Below, piece after piece: positions 36,497 to 46,783 of a stretch of DNA of 64,000 nucleotides. The position numbers were made by a program, and so were the translations under genes. Below the pieces are notes generated by a model. The model saw only the letters and a list, made by a program, of their open reading frames with translations. It made no database searches and had not been told where the DNA came from. Position 1 is the stretch's first letter; each line of letters starts with the position of its first letter. The stretch is from a virus. Taxonomy: Duplodnaviria; Caudoviricetes. The stretch lies in the IMG/VR virus record IMGVR_UViG_3300001335_000125, positions 1 through 64,000 of that record. One strand, written 5' to 3'.

Positions 36497-39400
36497 TCAT
36501 CTAGATGAACTACGATATTTGTATTTCAAACTTTTAGCCAGTTCTTCTGTGTTGTTGGCTTGAACATATACAGGACCTAATACATTGTAATTCTCATTAT
36601 AATTTTCTTCATTAGCTATTTGTTGTTGACCACCACCAGTAAATAGTGCTCCCTGTTGGAACATTAAGTCTGGATAATACTCTGGAATGATATGTTTAAG
36701 AAGTTGTTCACCATATTTTCTATTTGAACCCTCTAGAGGAATAATTGCCTCTGCTCCAGCCTCACCAAACATTCCAAGAGTTGGTGATGAATATATTCCT
36801 CCTTGTGCATTTTGACGTACAGTTACAGATACTCTTATATTTCTTACTTTCTTTGCAAATGTATCTGCAGCACTAATAACTTTTTGAAATAGAAGAATTC
36901 CTCCTACCTTTGCCGAAGTTGCAAGGAACGTTCCTGAATCACTAATAGAGGTTGATACGGATGATGTATTAGAGTAAAATTCAATTCCTGCAGAATCAAC
37001 TAATCCTTTAAATGCAGAACTAGCTTCTGATAATGTTCCTGACATCATACTAACTGCATCCGTGCTTCCTTGTATAAATGATAAGATTGCATTATTAAAA
37101 TCATTAGCATCTACATAGATATTTACATTAACTACTTTACCACCTTGCCTTATATCTGCAGATGCTCCTAATGCTCCGGTACCTCCTTCTTCAGTTGTTG
37201 TAGATGTTACTGGTACCGAGATACCCATACGTGGAGTATATACAGGCTCTTCACCAATTTCTCCACCAGATATTCCAGTTAAAATACCTTCTATGTTATC
37301 TTTTAAGATTGTATAGATGTCTTTAAGAGTAGATAGCATATCATCAAATAATGTGGATTTATTAAGACCAGTCTCTCCATTATCTCCTATTCCTACTACT
37401 CCCCCTTCAGCCATCATTGCTAAGTCTGGGAAGTAGCGGGGTATTATTTGTTGTAAGATGTTCTTACCATATTTGCGGTTAGAGCCTTCTAGAGGTATGA
37501 CAGCTTCAGCACCATCCTCACCAATAATCGCTTGTTGAGGACTGGTTGTTATTCCTCCTTTTGCTTTCGGAATATAATTCTCATCTCCGTATTGAATATG
37601 ACCAAATAATCCAGGAAATATATCAGCGAATGATTGTTGTAAATTATCCCAAAATGATGGGGTACTGGATGCTTTATTATTAAAATATGTTTCTATCTCT
37701 AGTATAACCTTAGTTCTTTCTTCAGCTGGTAATTTATCAATTTCATCCCACAAGTCTTCAAGTGACTTCTTTGCATTATCAGAAGCAGTTATTGCTGCGG
37801 AAGTATCAAATGTAAATGTATGGGTGTTTGTAATCCAATCATATACGTTTCCAAGAAGTCCCGGTTTAAAAAACTTAGCTAATTGTGGATTATCTGCTGT
37901 TGGAAATCCAGCCTCTGATAAACTAGTTTCTAGCTCTGCGTTGATGTCTTCTATCGTTCCTATTGCTTCTGATGCAGATAAATCAAATCCATACTCTTGC
38001 GATAATAATGTTATTAACTCATCTAATTTACTTATTAATCCATCTTCTCCGCCCAATGACTCTGTTAGGGTTCCTATTTTAGTAGCAACCTCATCTAATC
38101 CAGTTGTATCTCGTATATCTGATAGATTAGTTCCTACACTAGATAGCACATCATCTAATGTACCTAGATTAGACATATCTGGTAATGCTAAGATGTTCTC
38201 AAGTGACATTCCTTTTTTAATATCAACACCAAATCTTGACGCTGCAGTTGTTATAAGAGTTGCTGCTATAATTTGTTGTGCTGTAAAATCTTCAACTTGA
38301 TCTTTTCCCTCTCCATACATAGTATTAAGAAAGTCAAGATTTGATGCATACATTGAAATAACACTATTAACTTCTGGAATGTTTGCTCTAAGATTTCTTA
38401 ATGCAAGATTAGTATCCCATACCTCTTCTGCTCCATATACAACCAAATCAATTATTTGTGCATCTTGTAATCCATTTTGACTCCAACTATCAATAACATT
38501 ATCTAATATTTGTAATGTTGATATTGCATCAGTATCTCCCTCTACTCCTAAATTTATTAATAATTCTGGAGTTAATTCTAATTCATCTCCTATAAGATTA
38601 CTAACTACATTCTGAATATTTAAGTCCTCTATACTGGATAAATCTGGTGGTAGAAATCCAGGAAACTCTAATGTTGGAGCATGTATATCCCATAATGAAG
38701 TAAATAAAGGAACTAAGTCAGTATATGTTGATTTTAATTCATCTTCTATATCTTCCTTTACTAATAATTCAACGTTTATTTCTAGGGGAAGTGATTCTAC
38801 ATCTGTCCATGCAGCCATTATCTTTTCTGGTAATGTTTCAAATGCTTCCATTGCTTCGACAATTGGCTCTACAATACCTTCAAATGCATCTGTATTTACT
38901 TCAAACATATATTCCTTTTCAGCAAAATCAGCTAATATATGTAATTCCGAAGAATCTAAAGATGGTATATTTAGACTTCCAAAAGCAATATCAAATGCAG
39001 TTGCAGCATCAACCCCTTCGTCTCTAAGCTCTTTATAATATTCCTGTGCCTCTTCTACTCTTTTACGTTCATTTTCTGATAAATCATCCATAACATTAAA
39101 ATATGCAATGCGTGATTTAAACAACTCTGCCTCAGCAATCTTCATCTCCTTATAACCATCGATTATTTCATCATTAACTAATCCATATTCTGCTAATGCT
39201 TGGAATAACTCATCTAATCTCTTTGGTTGTTCTTGTCTTAGTTTATATAACTTCTCCTCAGCTTCAAGAAGTTTAAGCATTTGTTCCCATAAATCCTTGG
39301 TATTTGCTTCAAACATCTCTGTCCAGTTTGCTTCTACATTTAAAAGATGTGCATGACGAGCCCTTAACTCAGCAAGCTCTTCTTGTTGACTAATTATAAG

Positions 39401-42400
39401 TTGATTGGTCTCATAAATGTCCTGTGCAACATTTAGTCTTTTCTTTTCTACACTTGATAAATCACTCATACTTGTAGTATATGTTTTAGTCTTTTCATCT
39501 AAATCAGTAACCAAGTCACTATTCTCTATTTGTAACTCCATATATCTCCTATTAAGTGATTCATAATTCTCTAATGCAATGGATGCTTCTTCAGAGGTAT
39601 CTCCATATTGTCTCTGTGCAATAAGATATTCATTCAATGCATTATTCACTTCATCTAGTGTCTTAACTTGATTTTCTCTATTTTGATTAAGTTTATACTC
39701 TGCTTCGTCCATATCAATATATGCAATAATAGATTTATCTAGGGATTCACTTGTACTCTTTAACCAATTTATAATTCCTTGTCCAGTCTCTAAGAATTTA
39801 GTTCTATTATCAGCAATATCCTTTTCTATTTCACCTAAACGTTTCATTGCACTAGAGTACTCTTCTGCTGATTCAACTCCCTTAACTTGCATCTTAACAA
39901 TATCCTCTGTAATTCTAACTCTCTGTACTTCTAAATTTGATATGTCTGTAAGTGTTTTTCTATAAGATACTAATTCCCTAGCTCGTTGTCTATCTAATGC
40001 AAGTTCCTCCCTTGATATTCCTATAAATTGTTTAAATGATTCAAATGCATTACCAACTGCTTTTGTTATTCCATCCCAGTTTTCCATAATTGCAGTTAAT
40101 GCAAACATTGCTGCTCCAACTCCTATACTAACTAAAGCAATCTTTAGTGCCTTTGCTGCAACAGTGGCAGCTTTCATTGAAATAGTAGATCCTGTTATAC
40201 TTAGTGTCATTCCTTGAATTCCCAAAGCTAGGGTGTTGGTTAATCCTGTACTGGTTTTAACAATTAAATTCCACACTTTCATTATCTTCCCAGAGATTTT
40301 CGTTGCTATACCATGTGTAACTGTTGCTAGAGTACTGGCTATTGTAGCGAGGGTGTGTTTTCTAGTTACTGTTGTTTGTCCTACTGTTGCTACAGTGCTC
40401 AGATTTTTATTAATTACATCTTTTGCTTGTACATTACTATGAATACTTAATGCTCCTGTCTCTGTTTGGATAGTAGAAACATTTGCTAGTCTTAGTGCTT
40501 GGTCAATTTCTGTATTTTTAAATCCAGCTCGTCTCATACGATTTGCAGTAACTTGGGATGCTATGTTATGAGTCATTGCTTCGTTCTCTATTTCCATTGC
40601 TGCAGCAGTACCTAAATATGTTTTAATTTCTTCCTTACGTAAGGCTTGTCCAAACATTAATTGGGCGGTCTGTATCTTAGATACTGCTATTTCTTTTATC
40701 TTAGCACCAATTAAATCTAATATTGATCTGTGTTCATTCATTGCATACATTGCTGCTACCCGGTGTGCTATAGATAATACAGTAAGTGCTCCAATAATGA
40801 AATAGATTGGACCTCTTAGTCCTTCAAATGATTCTGCAATTATAGTTAAAGGTAATGCAAATAATAAAAGACTTGAAAGGGTTCCGTGTAATGTAGTTTT
40901 AAGTGTAGTTAGTCCGATACTTGCTGCTGCACTATCATATCCTAATTTCCTCATAGCTAATCCTGTTGCTGCTAGTGCTATAGAAAATGAGGCGAATGCA
41001 GGTACTACTGCAAATATAGATGATATAAATGGATTAATAATAACTACCAGTCCTTTGAGACCATCTCCAATAAATCCAATTCCTCCGTAGAGTGATTTCA
41101 TAGATGGTACTACTTCTTGAGTAATTGTAGATGCAAACCAATGAAGAGCAGGAATAATAGCATCTCTAAGAGATAGTGCTGCTTCTTCCATTTGATTACC
41201 CATAAGTTTAAGCTGACTATTCATAGTGGATAATTGTTTCTCTGCTATGGATTCTGTTAGTCCTCCTGTAAGTTCGAGTTGATTACGTGCTCTAGCAATA
41301 GCATCAACCTCATCTATAAGAATAAGTGCTGCTGCTGCAGTACGAGCACGGAAGAATGTTGCTGCATCGGCTGCATCAAATTGTGCAGCACGTAACTTAT
41401 AAAATATATCAGTAAGACTATTTGCATAGGGATTAATATCTGATAATGACAGTCCCATCTTATCAAGAACTTCTGTAGAGTCATCAGTTGGTTTAAGTAA
41501 TTTAGTATAAATCATATTGAGACGTTGACCTGCCTGTCCTGCCTCCAATCCTCTATCATAAAGAACTCCTAAGGTTGCATTAAGTTCATTAAAGTCTTGA
41601 CCTAATTCCCCAGCAATAGAACCAACATATTTATAGGACTCCACTAACTTATCAAGTGTGGCATAAGATGATGTAATAGTTCCCATAAACGAATCTACAA
41701 GTGCTTCTGTATCTTCTGTTTGTAGACCAAATTGCTTCATTGCTTTAGTTACAGCTTGGAATGCAGTATCTAATTCAGAGTTAGTTGCTGCTGCATAATT
41801 AATAATTGGTATTAAATCTTCAAAATCTTTCTTAACAACATCTATACCAGCCGATGCTAAGTTATATAATGCTGATGCTGCAATATTTGCACTATATCTG
41901 GTTTTCTCTCCTATTTCACTAGAGAGATTCATGATAGATTTTACTGCATCATCAAAAGATGCTCCGAGATAACCAGCCACCGAAGCAGTCTCATATGCAG
42001 ATTTCTCAAAATCTATAATGGCAGATATCATACTTGAGAATGCTTGACGAACTGTCATAACTAATTGAACACCAATACTGAATGTTATGTAGTGAATTAT
42101 CTTCTGTGCCATAGATGAAAAGTCTAATAGACCCATAATACCCATCTTATGTGCATCTCTAATATTTATCATAGATTTTACTGTTCCATCTGCCATCATC
42201 TTTAGATTTTGTTCGTAGGCTATTCTTGCATCAGTTGAACCAGCAACAAATTCATTAAATGATTTCTTATAAAAACCTACCTGTTGCTCTACATTTTTAG
42301 CGGATGGTGCTCCAGAAGGAGTCTCTCCTTTAGCCCCGCCTGCGGGTTGTGTTTGTACCTTTACAGGAGTTCCTAGAGTTTCTTGCATCTTAGTCTTAAG

Positions 42401-43516
42401 TTTACCTAATTCACCAGCAAAGTGAGCTTCATCAAAGTGTAGTTTAATTGGTGGTATATTCTCTACCATCTTTTTAAGATCTGATACAGCTGGTTTCTGG
42501 GTCTCTTTTGTTGCTTTGGTTGTTTTTGGTGTTGCATCTATCTCAGTTGCTGGTTTGATATTAAGATTTTGTAAAGCTTGTTGTTGAGCACCTGCAGTGC
42601 CCTGAGCCAATTGTGTGATAGTGTCATATGTTTGTCTTGCAAATCCTAAGATGTTTTTATAGACTTTATCAGCAGTGGATTGAATTTGTAATAGAGCTTG
42701 TTGTTGTGGGGATGTAGTTTCTTTCGTTGTCTTTTCTGTAGTTTTTGATTTTTCCTTAGTTGACTTATTAGTGGTCTTTTGATCTTTATCCTTTAGAGTT
42801 TCAATTTCTTTTAATCTTTGTCTCAAATATTTAGTATCATAGTCCTTTGATAATTCTTTGGATATTCCTGGAGCCTTTCCTAAAGTAACCTCCTTAGCCA
42901 TCATTTCTTGTTTTAGCTGAACACCATCTTTTATAAGTCTATTCATTTCTTGTTGTTGTTTCTCTGTGTATTTTAGTTCTCCATCTTTTCCTTTCTTAAT
43001 TTTATTAAATAAATCCTTTTGGGCTTTTTCATTTGTATTAATATCTTTTTGTAATTCTTTTTTTGTTCTTGGACTCTCTAACCACTTTAATTTTAATTGT
43101 TTATCATTATACTCTTCATTAAGTGCACTCATCTCAGATTGACTAGATTTGATTTGAGAGAGTTGTTTTTTGGAATTTCTTTTAGATGTCTTTAGTGCTT
43201 TATCACCAGCACTAGCTAATTTAGTATCGGATATTTTAGCAAGTTGTTCCATAGATGTTGATACAGAATCAACTACTGACTGTGCTTGGGTTGCTATAGA
43301 TTTTAGAGCCTTATTTATATTTATCGATGCATCATTAATAGATTGTGTGAGGGTATTTAGAGAACCCTTGAAATCTCCACCAGCTATATCTATCTTTAAA
43401 GACTTACTTAGTGATTTTTGTATTTCACCTTTTATCTCTTCTAAATCCGATTTAAGTAAATCTTTGTGGGCTCGAAATTGAACCGAAATGCTACCGACAT
43501 TCATATCATTTGCCAT
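36497..43516 (-). CDS. tail tape measure protein (TP901-like core)
   Basis: ~2340 aa, Ala/Leu-rich helical; FE...ETASVAG, LYNLASAG, L...G...GQAG..L; ATG 43516 has GGAG upstream. Confidence 0.93.
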   Translation of the reverse strand: MANDMNVGSISVQFRAHKDLLKSDLEEIKGEIQKSLSKSLKIDIAGGDFKGSLNTLTQSINDASININKALKSIATQAQSVVDSVSTSMEQLAKISDTKLASAGDKALKTSKRNSKKQLSQIKSSQSEMSALNEEYNDKQLKLKWLESPRTKKELQKDINTNEKAQKDLFNKIKKGKDGELKYTEKQQQEMNRLIKDGVQLKQEMMAKEVTLGKAPGISKELSKDYDTKYLRQRLKEIETLKDKDQKTTNKSTKEKSKTTEKTTKETTSPQQQALLQIQSTADKVYKNILGFARQTYDTITQLAQGTAGAQQQALQNLNIKPATEIDATPKTTKATKETQKPAVSDLKKMVENIPPIKLHFDEAHFAGELGKLKTKMQETLGTPVKVQTQPAGGAKGETPSGAPSAKNVEQQVGFYKKSFNEFVAGSTDARIAYEQNLKMMADGTVKSMINIRDAHKMGIMGLLDFSSMAQKIIHYITFSIGVQLVMTVRQAFSSMISAIIDFEKSAYETASVAGYLGASFDDAVKSIMNLSSEIGEKTRYSANIAASALYNLASAGIDVVKKDFEDLIPIINYAAATNSELDTAFQAVTKAMKQFGLQTEDTEALVDSFMGTITSSYATLDKLVESYKYVGSIAGELGQDFNELNATLGVLYDRGLEAGQAGQRLNMIYTKLLKPTDDSTEVLDKMGLSLSDINPYANSLTDIFYKLRAAQFDAADAATFFRARTAAAALILIDEVDAIARARNQLELTGGLTESIAEKQLSTMNSQLKLMGNQMEEAALSLRDAIIPALHWFASTITQEVVPSMKSLYGGIGFIGDGLKGLVVIINPFISSIFAVVPAFASFSIALAATGLAMRKLGYDSAAASIGLTTLKTTLHGTLSSLLLFALPLTIIAESFEGLRGPIYFIIGALTVLSIAHRVAAMYAMNEHRSILDLIGAKIKEIAVSKIQTAQLMFGQALRKEEIKTYLGTAAAMEIENEAMTHNIASQVTANRMRRAGFKNTEIDQALRLANVSTIQTETGALSIHSNVQAKDVINKNLSTVATVGQTTVTRKHTLATIASTLATVTHGIATKISGKIMKVWNLIVKTSTGLTNTLALGIQGMTLSITGSTISMKAATVAAKALKIALVSIGVGAAMFALTAIMENWDGITKAVGNAFESFKQFIGISREELALDRQRARELVSYRKTLTDISNLEVQRVRITEDIVKMQVKGVESAEEYSSAMKRLGEIEKDIADNRTKFLETGQGIINWLKSTSESLDKSIIAYIDMDEAEYKLNQNRENQVKTLDEVNNALNEYLIAQRQYGDTSEEASIALENYESLNRRYMELQIENSDLVTDLDEKTKTYTTSMSDLSSVEKKRLNVAQDIYETNQLIISQQEELAELRARHAHLLNVEANWTEMFEANTKDLWEQMLKLLEAEEKLYKLRQEQPKRLDELFQALAEYGLVNDEIIDGYKEMKIAEAELFKSRIAYFNVMDDLSENERKRVEEAQEYYKELRDEGVDAATAFDIAFGSLNIPSLDSSELHILADFAEKEYMFEVNTDAFEGIVEPIVEAMEAFETLPEKIMAAWTDVESLPLEINVELLVKEDIEDELKSTYTDLVPLFTSLWDIHAPTLEFPGFLPPDLSSIEDLNIQNVVSNLIGDELELTPELLINLGVEGDTDAISTLQILDNVIDSWSQNGLQDAQIIDLVVYGAEEVWDTNLALRNLRANIPEVNSVISMYASNLDFLNTMYGEGKDQVEDFTAQQIIAATLITTAASRFGVDIKKGMSLENILALPDMSNLGTLDDVLSSVGTNLSDIRDTTGLDEVATKIGTLTESLGGEDGLISKLDELITLLSQEYGFDLSASEAIGTIEDINAELETSLSEAGFPTADNPQLAKFFKPGLLGNVYDWITNTHTFTFDTSAAITASDNAKKSLEDLWDEIDKLPAEERTKVILEIETYFNNKASSTPSFWDNLQQSFADIFPGLFGHIQYGDENYIPKAKGGITTSPQQAIIGEDGAEAVIPLEGSNRKYGKNILQQIIPRYFPDLAMMAEGGVVGIGDNGETGLNKSTLFDDMLSTLKDIYTILKDNIEGILTGISGGEIGEEPVYTPRMGISVPVTSTTTEEGGTGALGASADIRQGGKVVNVNIYVDANDFNNAILSFIQGSTDAVSMMSGTLSEASSAFKGLVDSAGIEFYSNTSSVSTSISDSGTFLATSAKVGGILLFQKVISAADTFAKKVRNIRVSVTVRQNAQGGIYSSPTLGMFGEAGAEAIIPLEGSNRKYGEQLLKHIIPEYYPDLMFQQGALFTGGGQQQIANEENYNENYNVLGPVYVQANNTEELAKSLKYKYRSSSR

Positions 43517-43542
43517 GGTTTGCTCCAATTTCTAATTTTGCA

Positions 43543-43548
43543 TTTAAA
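43543..43548 (-). promoter_or_regulatory. putative TATA box of the tape-measure operon
   Basis: TTTAAA ending 26 nt before ATG 43516. Confidence 0.35.
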
Positions 43549-43577
43549 GGGGTCATACGTGCGATCTGACGAGGGTA

Positions 43578-43601
43578 CCCCTTACCCCTTACCCTTACCC
43601 C
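43578..43601 (-). other. G-quadruplex-forming tract
   Basis: GGGG-TAA-GGG-TAA-GGGG-TAA-GGGG on the minus strand. Confidence 0.7.
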
Positions 43602-43617
43602 TCGGAAAGTATTACTT

Positions 43618-43660
43618 TCGATTCTAGGGTCGTTTCCGTGGATCCTCGTGCATAATTTCG
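43618..43660 (-). repeat. dispersed GC-rich element, copy 3
   Basis: CGAAATTATGCACGAGGATCCACGGAAACGACCCTAGAATCGA (minus strand). Confidence 0.9.
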
Positions 43661-43716
43661 AAGGGGTCTTGATACTTTTCACAGAATTTAAGAAAAATGA
43701 GGAAATAGGGGTAATT

Positions 43717-44034
43717 TTATCCATTTTCGTATATAATATTTATAGCTTTACGTTGGATAATATTTTTGTATCCATAAGACCCACCAAGATTATGCATTCC
43801 CTTCCAGACAACTACATACAAACCTAATGGATCTGTAGATGCTGTTTCAAAGTAATATGAATATTCACCAGTACCATCCCTAGTTGTGGATGCATCCTGT
43901 ACTAGATAAGTACCATCAGGTTTAATAACATCTACAAAAGCTTTGTTACCAGAGGGATCTGTGAGTACATCGTCCATCTTAAAATCAACATTAGTCTTAA
44001 TTGTATTTTGTCTCTCAAAATTTTCTAGTGTCAT
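43717..44034 (-). CDS. Ig-like / BppU N-terminal-like virion protein
   Basis: LTDP...VIKPDG...TG.YSYYF...GLY.V.W pattern. Confidence 0.6.
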   Translation of the reverse strand: MTLENFERQNTIKTNVDFKMDDVLTDPSGNKAFVDVIKPDGTYLVQDASTTRDGTGEYSYYFETASTDPLGLYVVVWKGMHNLGGSYGYKNIIQRKAINIIYENG

Positions 44035-44072
44035 ATTGATTTATTTCCTTTATAATACATAGATAACATATT

Positions 44073-45848
44073 CTAATCAGCAGCATCAAATATATCAGTT
44101 ATCGTAAATAAATTAGAGTTAGTTATAGAAATACCATACAAATTAGAATTTGATATAGATATGCTATATAAATTATAGAAGTAGGACTTGCAATAATCAA
44201 TCCATATCTTTCTAAATAACCACACATCAAATAGATTAGATATCTCCGTAGAACCAGAAGATTGCAATACAGTATCTATATTTAACGACTTAGATAGTTT
44301 AAATAAGATGTATGTATCAAATAGAGAACTTGTAGTTACTTCTCCATATGTCAGAAAGATATCAAAGAGATACGTTGAGGTTATTCCTATTTTTTGTAGA
44401 ATAGCATCTAATAAAAGTGTCTTTTGTTTTGTTGGGGATGTTATTATAGTATCTATAGATAGTGTATTGGAGTTTACCAGTGATAGAATAGTATCTATTA
44501 GTTCAGTCTTTTCTATAGATAAAGTAGATGATATCAAATCTATTTGTTGAGTAACTGTCATTGCTGGATGTTGTGCTATTAAATCAAATATATATTGCTT
44601 TGGTATATTTATTTTGGATGTAAGAGTATCGAATAGATAATCCAAAGATATTGTTTGACTAAGTATAGTATTATATTCTTCCGTTTCATATAGAGTTTGC
44701 TCTAATATAGTATCTATTAACTCTTGATTTGACTGTAATTTCTCTAAGATGGTATCTATAGATAAAGTCTGTTCTTGGAGAAGAGTAATAAAGGTATCAA
44801 ATAACATTATTACTGACACTTCTGCACCAGAAAGAATGGTATCTAATGTTAAATGTTTAGTATTTATTCCTTCTAAGATGATATCCGACAAAATATCAAT
44901 GGTTGGTATAGTTCCACTTGTAAGATAAATATCAAATAAATGTGTGATAATTAAATCTTGTTGAAGTATTGCGTCTATAAATTGAGATTTAATAGATGAG
45001 TGTAATAAAAGAGTATCAAATTGATATTTATTAATTATGGCTCTTTCAAGAATGATATTAAAAAGGTAATGTGTTGATATTGGTTTTTTAAGAATAGTGT
45101 CAAATAATTGCTCTTGAGTTATATCTAATCTTGCTAAGATAGTATCTATTGATTGATTTTGGATAGATATTGCATCTAGAATTGTATCTATAAACATATT
45201 AATTTCTGGTGAACCAATTAATTGAAGATATGTATCAAACAATAATCCACTAGATTTGTATCCTTCTAATAAGGTATCTATTTGTTGTTCTGACATACCT
45301 AGTCTAGATAGGATGGTATCTATATTCATATCACTCGAGAGAGTTATAGATAGAATTATATCTATTAAATAATATGAAGCAAGTTGTTTTTCCAATAGAG
45401 CATCAAAATATTGTTGTTCTAGATTTGACCTTGATAGAAATGTATTTATATTTATATCAGTAGTATTAATAAGTTTTTCTAAGATAGTATCTAGATATAA
45501 TTTCTTATCTACTCCAAACTTTTCTAGGAGGGTATCTATTTGCATATCTGATTTAGCATATTCATTAGATATAATAGTGTCGAATAAAGTATCTACTTCG
45601 CTATCTACATATTCTGTTATTATATCAAAAAGTATTTCTTTGGATTCTCTATCAGATTCAAGAATAGTATCTATAAGATTGCTTACCTCTATTTCTCCAC
45701 CTTTAAGAAATGTATCTATAGATATTTGATTTGTTTGTATCCCTTCTAAGATTGTATCTACAAGAATTCTCTTAAATAATTTATTAAAGTAAGAATAATT
45801 AAATCTTGCTTCAGAAAAGATAGCACTTTTATAGTTATCTTCTGGCAT
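44073..45848 (-). CDS. tandem-repeat protein, ~36 repeats of 14-16 aa (consensus [IFL]-D-T-I-L)
   Basis: repeats counted by hand in the translation. Confidence 0.8.
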   Translation of the reverse strand: MPEDNYKSAIFSEARFNYSYFNKLFKRILVDTILEGIQTNQISIDTFLKGGEIEVSNLIDTILESDRESKEILFDIITEYVDSEVDTLFDTIISNEYAKSDMQIDTLLEKFGVDKKLYLDTILEKLINTTDININTFLSRSNLEQQYFDALLEKQLASYYLIDIILSITLSSDMNIDTILSRLGMSEQQIDTLLEGYKSSGLLFDTYLQLIGSPEINMFIDTILDAISIQNQSIDTILARLDITQEQLFDTILKKPISTHYLFNIILERAIINKYQFDTLLLHSSIKSQFIDAILQQDLIITHLFDIYLTSGTIPTIDILSDIILEGINTKHLTLDTILSGAEVSVIMLFDTFITLLQEQTLSIDTILEKLQSNQELIDTILEQTLYETEEYNTILSQTISLDYLFDTLTSKINIPKQYIFDLIAQHPAMTVTQQIDLISSTLSIEKTELIDTILSLVNSNTLSIDTIITSPTKQKTLLLDAILQKIGITSTYLFDIFLTYGEVTTSSLFDTYILFKLSKSLNIDTVLQSSGSTEISNLFDVWLFRKIWIDYCKSYFYNLYSISISNSNLYGISITNSNLFTITDIFDAAD

Positions 45849-46436
45849 CTAACAACACTTACTCCTTAATCTTACTTCATTACCATAATTAGTTTGGCTC
45901 ATATAGAGTTCATTCCCATAGTTAGTTGAACTAATAGATATTTCTCCTGGACTATTACAATCTTCTTCTATTGGGTTGTAACTTACCTCTATTTGAACCA
46001 TAGAGCACTCTACATTATCTCCTGAAATCACCGAACTTATAACAACATCCAAATTGCTTATATCTGTCCATTCCCAACATCCTTCACCAGGTCCACTACT
46101 ATCTTGTGTTATATCGTATACAGTTGTCCAAGCACCGGTTTCGGAAGTAGCAATGTATGGAGATGAAATTATACCCAGATTTGAACCATCAAAATATGGT
46201 CTAAATGTAACTCTTCCAGGAATAAAGAAATATCTTAGGTAAGCTCTTATTCCAACAGTCAATATGTCTCCAATTTGACTATCATAATTGTTACCTATCA
46301 ATGTTTCCATATTTCCGTTTGTATTGGAAACTGCATGGTTACCTAAGTCTCCATCTACCATCCTTGAATAAGAAGTCCAATGACTTTTACTTGAAGGATC
46401 TAAAGACGTATAATGTAAATATAAATTCTCAGTCAT
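45849..46436 (-). CDS. putative virion protein
   Basis: 195-aa beta-rich ORF in the tail region. Confidence 0.6.
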   Translation of the reverse strand: MTENLYLHYTSLDPSSKSHWTSYSRMVDGDLGNHAVSNTNGNMETLIGNNYDSQIGDILTVGIRAYLRYFFIPGRVTFRPYFDGSNLGIISSPYIATSETGAWTTVYDITQDSSGPGEGCWEWTDISNLDVVISSVISGDNVECSMVQIEVSYNPIEEDCNSPGEISISSTNYGNELYMSQTNYGNEVRLRSKCC

Positions 46437-46438
46437 AT

Positions 46439-46783
46439 TTAATCACCTAGATTCATATCACTTTTAGAAAGACAATACATTATTAACCCATTAGTACTAG
46501 CAAGATAAGATAGATAATTCAATTTAATTAATATTGGAGTATCTTTGAGTTCTTCTCTCTTTTCATCACAAAGATATGCTTTGCATCCAAGACATTTAGT
46601 TGTGCATCCAGTATTAGAGTGATATTTACATTCTACTCCACCTGGATAACAACATTTATAATTGTAAGGACAATCCTTACATATTTCACTCTCTTTGAAT
46701 AACTTATCTAATTCTTCATAGAGAAAATCATATAAGAAAGATTTTTGTTCGTTAGTTAGATTCATATGATGAATATACACCAA
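46439..46783 (-). CDS. Cys-rich hypothetical protein (metal-cluster-like)
   Basis: CKDC...KCC...C...GC..KC.GC...LC. Confidence 0.6.
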   Translation of the reverse strand: MVYIHHMNLTNEQKSFLYDFLYEELDKLFKESEICKDCPYNYKCCYPGGVECKYHSNTGCTTKCLGCKAYLCDEKREELKDTPILIKLNYLSYLASTNGLIMYCLSKSDMNLGD

